A stretch of 64,000 nucleotides of DNA from the human T2T-CHM13v2.0 reference genome, Homo sapiens: the NCBI RefSeq assembly GCF_009914755.1, contig NC_060925.1. One strand, 5' to 3'. The position numbers and the translations under genes are program-made. Below, piece by piece: positions 58,144-64,000 of the stretch. Position 1 is the stretch's first letter, and every line of letters starts with the position of its first letter. The notes beneath the pieces are model-generated. The model made no database searches. It was not told the DNA's origin and was given only the letters and a program-made list of their open reading frames with translations.

Positions 58144-60639
58144 CTCGGAAAGTGAACTCCCTGACCCCTTGCGCTTCCCAAGTGAGGCAATGCCTCGCCC
58201 TGCTTCGGCTCGCGCACGGTGCGCGCACCCACTGACCTGCGCCCACTGTCTGGCACTCCCTAGTGAGATGAACCCGGTACCTCAGATGGAAATGCAGAAA
58301 TCACCCGTCTTCTGCGTCGCTCACGCTGGGAGCTGTAGACAGGAGCTGTTCCTATTCGGCCATCTTGGCTCGCCTTGAGTTAATTTTTGTATATGGTGAA
58401 AGGTAAGAGTCCAGTTTCATTCTTCTGCATATGAAAGGGAGTCCTTTCTCCATTGCTTGTTTTGTTGGCCTTGTGCAAGATTAGATTGCTGTAGGTGTGT
58501 GGCTTTATTTCTGAATTTTCTCTTCTGTTCCATTGGCCTATGTGTCTGTTTTTGTACCAGTACCATGCTGCTTTGGTTTCTGTAACCTTATATTACAGTT
58601 TCACGTCAGGTAGTGTGGTGCCTCCAGCTTTGTTCTTTTGGCTTAGGATTGCCTTGCCTATTCAGGCTCTTTTTTTATTCCATGTGAATTTTAGAATAGC
58701 TTTTTTCAAATTCCGTGAAGCATGGTGGTAGTTTGATAGGAATAGCATTGAATCTGTTAATTGCTTTGGGCAGTTTGGCCATCTTAAAGATATTGATTCT
58801 TTTAATCCCTGAGCATAGAATGTTTTTCCATTTATTTGTGTCATTCTGATTTCTTCCAGCAGTGTTTTGCAGTTCTCTTTATAGATATGTTTCACCTCCT
58901 TGGTTAGCTGTATTATTAGGTATTTCATTTTCTGTGTGGCTTTTGCAAATGGGATTGTGTTCTTGATTTGACTCTCAGCCTGAATGTTATTGGTATGTAG
59001 AAATGCTACTGATTTTTGTACATTGATACTGTATTCTGAAGCCTTACTAAAATCATTTATCAGTTCTAGTAGCCTTTTGGCAGAGTCTTTTAGGGTTTTC
59101 TAGGTATAGAATCATATTGTTGGCAAAGTTTGACTTCTTTTCTTATTTGGAAGCCTTTTATTTCTTTTTCTTGCCTGATTGCTCCAGTGAGGACTTCCAG
59201 TACTATGTTTAACAGGAGTTGTGAGAGTGGGCACCTTGTCTTGTTCCAGTTTTCAAGGGGAATGCTTCGAGCTTTTGCCTGTTAAATATGATTTTGGCTG
59301 TGGGTTTGTCATAGATGGCTTCTATAGTTTTGAGATATGTTCCTTCAATGTTTAGTCTGTTGAGGGTTTTTAATCATGAAGGGATATTTGATTTTATCAA
59401 GAGATTTTTCTGTGTCTATTGAGATGATCATATGTTTTGCTTTTAATTTTGTTTATGTAGTGAATCACATTTATTTATTTGCATATGTTGAACCAACCTT
59501 GCCTCTTAAGTATAAGGCCTACTCAATCATGGTGTATTAACTTTTGATGTGCTGCTAGATTTGGTTTGGTAGTATTTTGTTGATGATTTTTGCATCTATG
59601 TTCATCAGGTATATTGGCGCGAAGTTTTCTTTATTCATTGTGTTTCTGCTAGGTTTTGGTATTAGGCTGATGCTTGCTTCATAGAATGAGTTAGGGAGGA
59701 GACCCTCCTCCTTGATTTTTTTGGAATAGTTTCAATAGTGTTGGTACCAGTTCTTTGTATGTCTGGTAGAATTTGGCTGTGAATTCATTTCGTTCAGGCC
59801 TTTTATTTGGTTGGTAGACTTTGTATTACTGATTCAATTTCAGAGCTCAATAGTGGTCCATTCAGGGTTTCAATCTCTTGCTGATTCAATCTTGGGAGAC
59901 TGTCTTTGTAGGAATTTATCCATTTCCTCCAGATTTTTAAAATTTATGTGCATAGAGTTGTTGATATTATTCTCTGAGGATCTTTTATACTTCTGTGAGA
60001 TCAATTGTAATGTCATCTTTGTCATTTCTGAGTGTACTTATTTGGACCTTTCTTTTCTTTCCCTCCCTCCATCCCTCCCTCCCTCCCTCCCTTCCTTCCT
60101 TCTTTCCTTCTTCCCTCCCTTCCTTGAGACAGGGTCCCCCTATATTGCCCAGGCTGGTCTTGAACTTCTGGGCTCAAGGGATCTTCCTGCCACCTCCCAA
60201 AGTGTTAGGATTACAGATGTGAGCCACCACACTTTGTTAATCTAGCTAGTCGTCTATCAATCTCGTTTATTTTTTCAAAGAACCAATTTTTGGTCTCATT
60301 GATCTTTTGTATGAATTTTTGCATCTCAAGTTCATTCAGTTCTTCTCTAATTTTAGTTGTTTCCTTTCTTCTGCTAGCTTTGTAGCTGGTTTGTTCTTTT
60401 TTCCTGGTTCCTTTAGGTGCAAAGTTAGACAGTTAATCTGAGATCTTTCTAACTTCTTGATGAAGGTTTTTAGTGTTATAAAGCAGTGCTTAACACTGCT
60501 TTAGCTGCATCCCGGAAATTTTGGTAAGCTGCGTTCTTATTTTCATTAATTTCAGAAACTTTAAAAAATTTCTGCCTTCATTTTTCAGAACTATTTTTAT
60601 TTCAGCATATCATTCTCCTTATGTATACACATTTATTTA

Positions 60640-60874
60640 CAGTTGACCCTTGAACAATGTGAGCATGAACTGTGTGGGTCCACTTATATGTGGATTTTTT
60701 TTCAAAGGAATGTGGATCAAAATACAGTATTCATGGGATGCAAATCCTGGGTAAGCAGAGGGCTGATTTTTCATGTATGTAGGTACTTCAGCCCTATGGA
60801 ACTTGAATATACATGGATTTTGGTATACTAGGGTATCGTGGAGACATGCCCCCACATATATTGAGGAATGACTG
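60640..60874. mobile_element. MER8 (Tigger2-family MITE)
   Basis: TA|cagttgacccttgaac...gaggaatgactg|TA. Confidence 0.8.
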
Positions 60875-60944
60875 TAATTGCAATTAATTTGTATATTGTT
60901 TTGAAATGTGATACTTTTATTTAATTTTATACTATGCAATCTTC

Positions 60945-61105
60945 ATATATACACATATATAAATATGCGTATATATAAATATATATGTGTATATATATAT
61001 AAATATATATATACACATATACACATATACATGTGTGTATACACACATATACATGTGTGTATACACATATATGTGTGTGTGTATATATATGTGTATATAC
61101 ATGTG

Positions 61106-61127
<22 letters not shown>
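60945..61127. repeat. Compound (TA)/(CA)/(TG) alternating purine-pyrimidine repeat
   Basis: read directly; joins the tail of the Alu at 61128. Confidence 0.92.
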
Positions 61128-61432
<305 letters not shown>

Positions 61433-61910
61433 CTCTTCTCCATATTTTAATAGACTTCCTATTATAATTTTAATTTTGGTATAATGTTTCATCTTATTAA
61501 TGTACCAAAATTTGTTAAATCATTATTAGACTGTTGGACTTACTGAGTTTTCAGCAAATATTTTTGAGTGCATACCTGGGACTTCGCAAGGCTGAAAATT
61601 ATGCTGTAATGAGTATCTCTGAGCCTGTATGTATAAGTATGTATGTGTGTATATAAAAATACACACACACACACACACACACACACTTCTCCTCCTCCTC
61701 CTCCTCTGCCTTCTTTTTTTTCTTCAATTATTTCTTCTGGGTAAGTTCCTTGGAGTGGGATGACTGAGTTGAAAGTTGTGAACTTCTTATTGACTCATGC
61801 GTTGCATTAACAATTCAAAATGATTGATCAATTTAATTTGTTACAAGCAATAAATGAGTGCACTGATTTTGCCATAAGCCTACTAGCATTAGGCATTATC
61901 ATTTTTTAAA

Positions 61911-63499
61911 TTATACTTTAAATGTTGGCATACATGTGCAGAACGTGCAGGTTTGTTACATAGGTATACACGTGCCATGGTGCTTTGCTGCACCCATCGA
62001 CCCATCATCTACATTAGGTATTTCTCCTAATGCTGTCTCTCCCCTAGCCCCCCACCCCCCAACAGGCCCTGATGTGTGATGTTCCCCTCCCTGTATCCAT
62101 GTGTTCTCGTTGTTCATCTCCCATTTATGAGTGAGAACATGCAGTATTTGGTTTTCTGTTCCTGTGTTACTTTGCTGAGAATGATAGTTTCCAGCGTCAT
62201 CCATGTCCTTGCAAAGCACATGAACTCATTCTTTTTTTATGGCTGCATAGTATTCCATGGTGTATATGTGCCACATTTTCTTTATCCAGTCTATCATTGA
62301 TGGACATTTGGGTTGGTTCCAAGTCTTTGCTATTGTGAATAGTGCTGCAGTAAACATATGTGTGCATGTATCTTTATAGTACAATGATTTATAACCATTT
62401 GGGTATATACCCAGTAATGGGATTGCTGGGTCAAATGGTATCTCTGGTTCTAGATCCTTGAGGAATTGCCACACTGTCTTCCACAATGGTTGAACTAATT
62501 TACACTTCCACCAACAGTGTAAAAGCGTTCTGATTGCTCCACATCCTCTCCAGCATCTGTTGTTTCCTGACTTTTTAATGATTGCCATTCTGACTGGTGT
62601 GAGATGGTATTTCATTGTGGTTTTTGTTTGCATTTCTCTAATGACCAGTGATGATGAGCTTTTTTTCATATGTTTGTTGGCTGCATAAATGTCTTCTTTT
62701 GAGAAGTGTCTGTTCATATCCTTTGCCCACTTTTTGATGGGGTTGTTTGTTTTTTTCTTGTAAATTTGTTTAAGTTCCTTGTAGATTCTGGATATTAGCC
62801 CTTTTTCAGATGGATAGATTGCAAAATTTTCTCCCATTCTGTAGGTTGCCTGTTCACTCTGATGATAGTTTCTTTTGCTGTGCAGAAGCTCTTTAGTTTA
62901 ATTAGATCCCATTTGTCAATTTTGGCTTTTGTTGCCATTGCTTTTGGTGTTTTAGTCATGAAGTCCTTGCCCATGCCTATGTTCTGAATGGTATTGCCTA
63001 GGTTTTCTTCTAGGGTTTTTATGGTTTTAGGTCTAACATTTAAGTCTTTAATCCATCTTGAGTTAATTTTTGTATAAGGCGTAAGGAAGGGGTCCAGTTT
63101 CAGCTTTCTACATATGGCTAGCCAGTTTTCCCAACACCATTTATTAAATAGAGACTCCTTTCTCCATTGCTTGTTTTTGCCAGGTTTGTCAAAGATGAGA
63201 TGGTTGTAGATGTGTGGCATTAGTTCTGAGGCCTCTGCTCTGTTCCATTGGTCTATATATCTGTTTTGGTACCAGTACCATGGTGTTTTGGTTACTGAAG
63301 CCTTATAGTATAGTTTGAAGTCAGGTAGTGTGATGCTTCCAGCTTTGTTCTTTTTGCTTAGGATTGTCTTGGCTATATGGGCTCTTTTTTGGATCCATGT
63401 GAAATTTAAAGTAGTTTTTTTCTAATTCTGTGAAGAAAGTCAATGGTAGCTTAATGGGGATAGCATTGAATCTATAAATTATTTTGGGCAATATGGCCA
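61911..63499 (-). mobile_element. 5'-truncated L1PA (L1PA7/8 like), ~1.6 kb
   Basis: 3' UTR plus frameshifted ORF2 C-terminal ORFs; flanks gcattatcattttttaaa / gcactatcattttttaaa. Confidence 0.9.
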
Positions 63500-64000
63500 G
63501 CACTATCATTTTTTAAACCATTTTCCCAAATGCATCATTTCATTCCCTATAAAACCTTAAAATGGTTGGGAGAAAGCAGGGTTTACTGCCCTTAAGCAGT
63601 CTGTTGTCCGGTCATGCTTACATAATGGCAGTGAAGTGTTAATTAGGTAACTATACTGTGTTTTATTTTCTTCATTGTAGTGTGTATCATTTTTTCTCCT
63701 TTAACTTGAGGGGAAATGTTCAAGTGTTGATTCAGACTCGTACCATCTCATTGCTCTAATACCTCTACCAAGTTCCTTTAAGACAGACCATAGGAACGGA
63801 GTGGTGAGCTGGTGGTTGATTTGTGGGTGGTGTCATGAAGTCACACAATGACTCAAAACAGATCACACACCAAGTCAAGGAGAAGCTGGGTCTGGCCCCT
63901 GGAGTGAGCTTTCCCCTGCCCTGGAATCCAGGGTATCACTGGCAGAAGGAGTTTTGCAAGAAACGGAAAGGACATTAGACTTGATTTCTAGGAAAAAGCA

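Overview
Primate (human or great-ape) genomic DNA. The first 18 kb hold the 3' part of TBX19 (TPIT, pituitary T-box factor) on the + strand. Five coding exons (1213-1274, 3915-3976, 8501-8689, 12234-12369, 16200-16494) splice with GT-AG sites into one open frame of 247 aa plus stop. The 3' UTR's best poly(A) signal lies in an L2 3' end. The rest is intergenic and repeat-dense. It includes a ~10 kb MER57/MER93-like ERV1 provirus carrying nested MER4, THE1 and Alu insertions. It also includes an old L1PA element split by a full-length L1PA2-like element (ORF1 frameshifted, ORF2 with two nonsense codons, ORF0 intact) and by a poly(A)-tailed retrocopy of an LTR transcript. The main unexplained structure is a ~170-bp, ~93%-identical inverted duplication (46664-46834 / 47924-48093) with templated junction snippets, next to a CTCF-motif element. 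Several other local duplication scars are present. I find no evidence for a new protein-coding system. Repeat subfamily names come from remembered consensus sequences and need RepeatMasker/Dfam confirmation.
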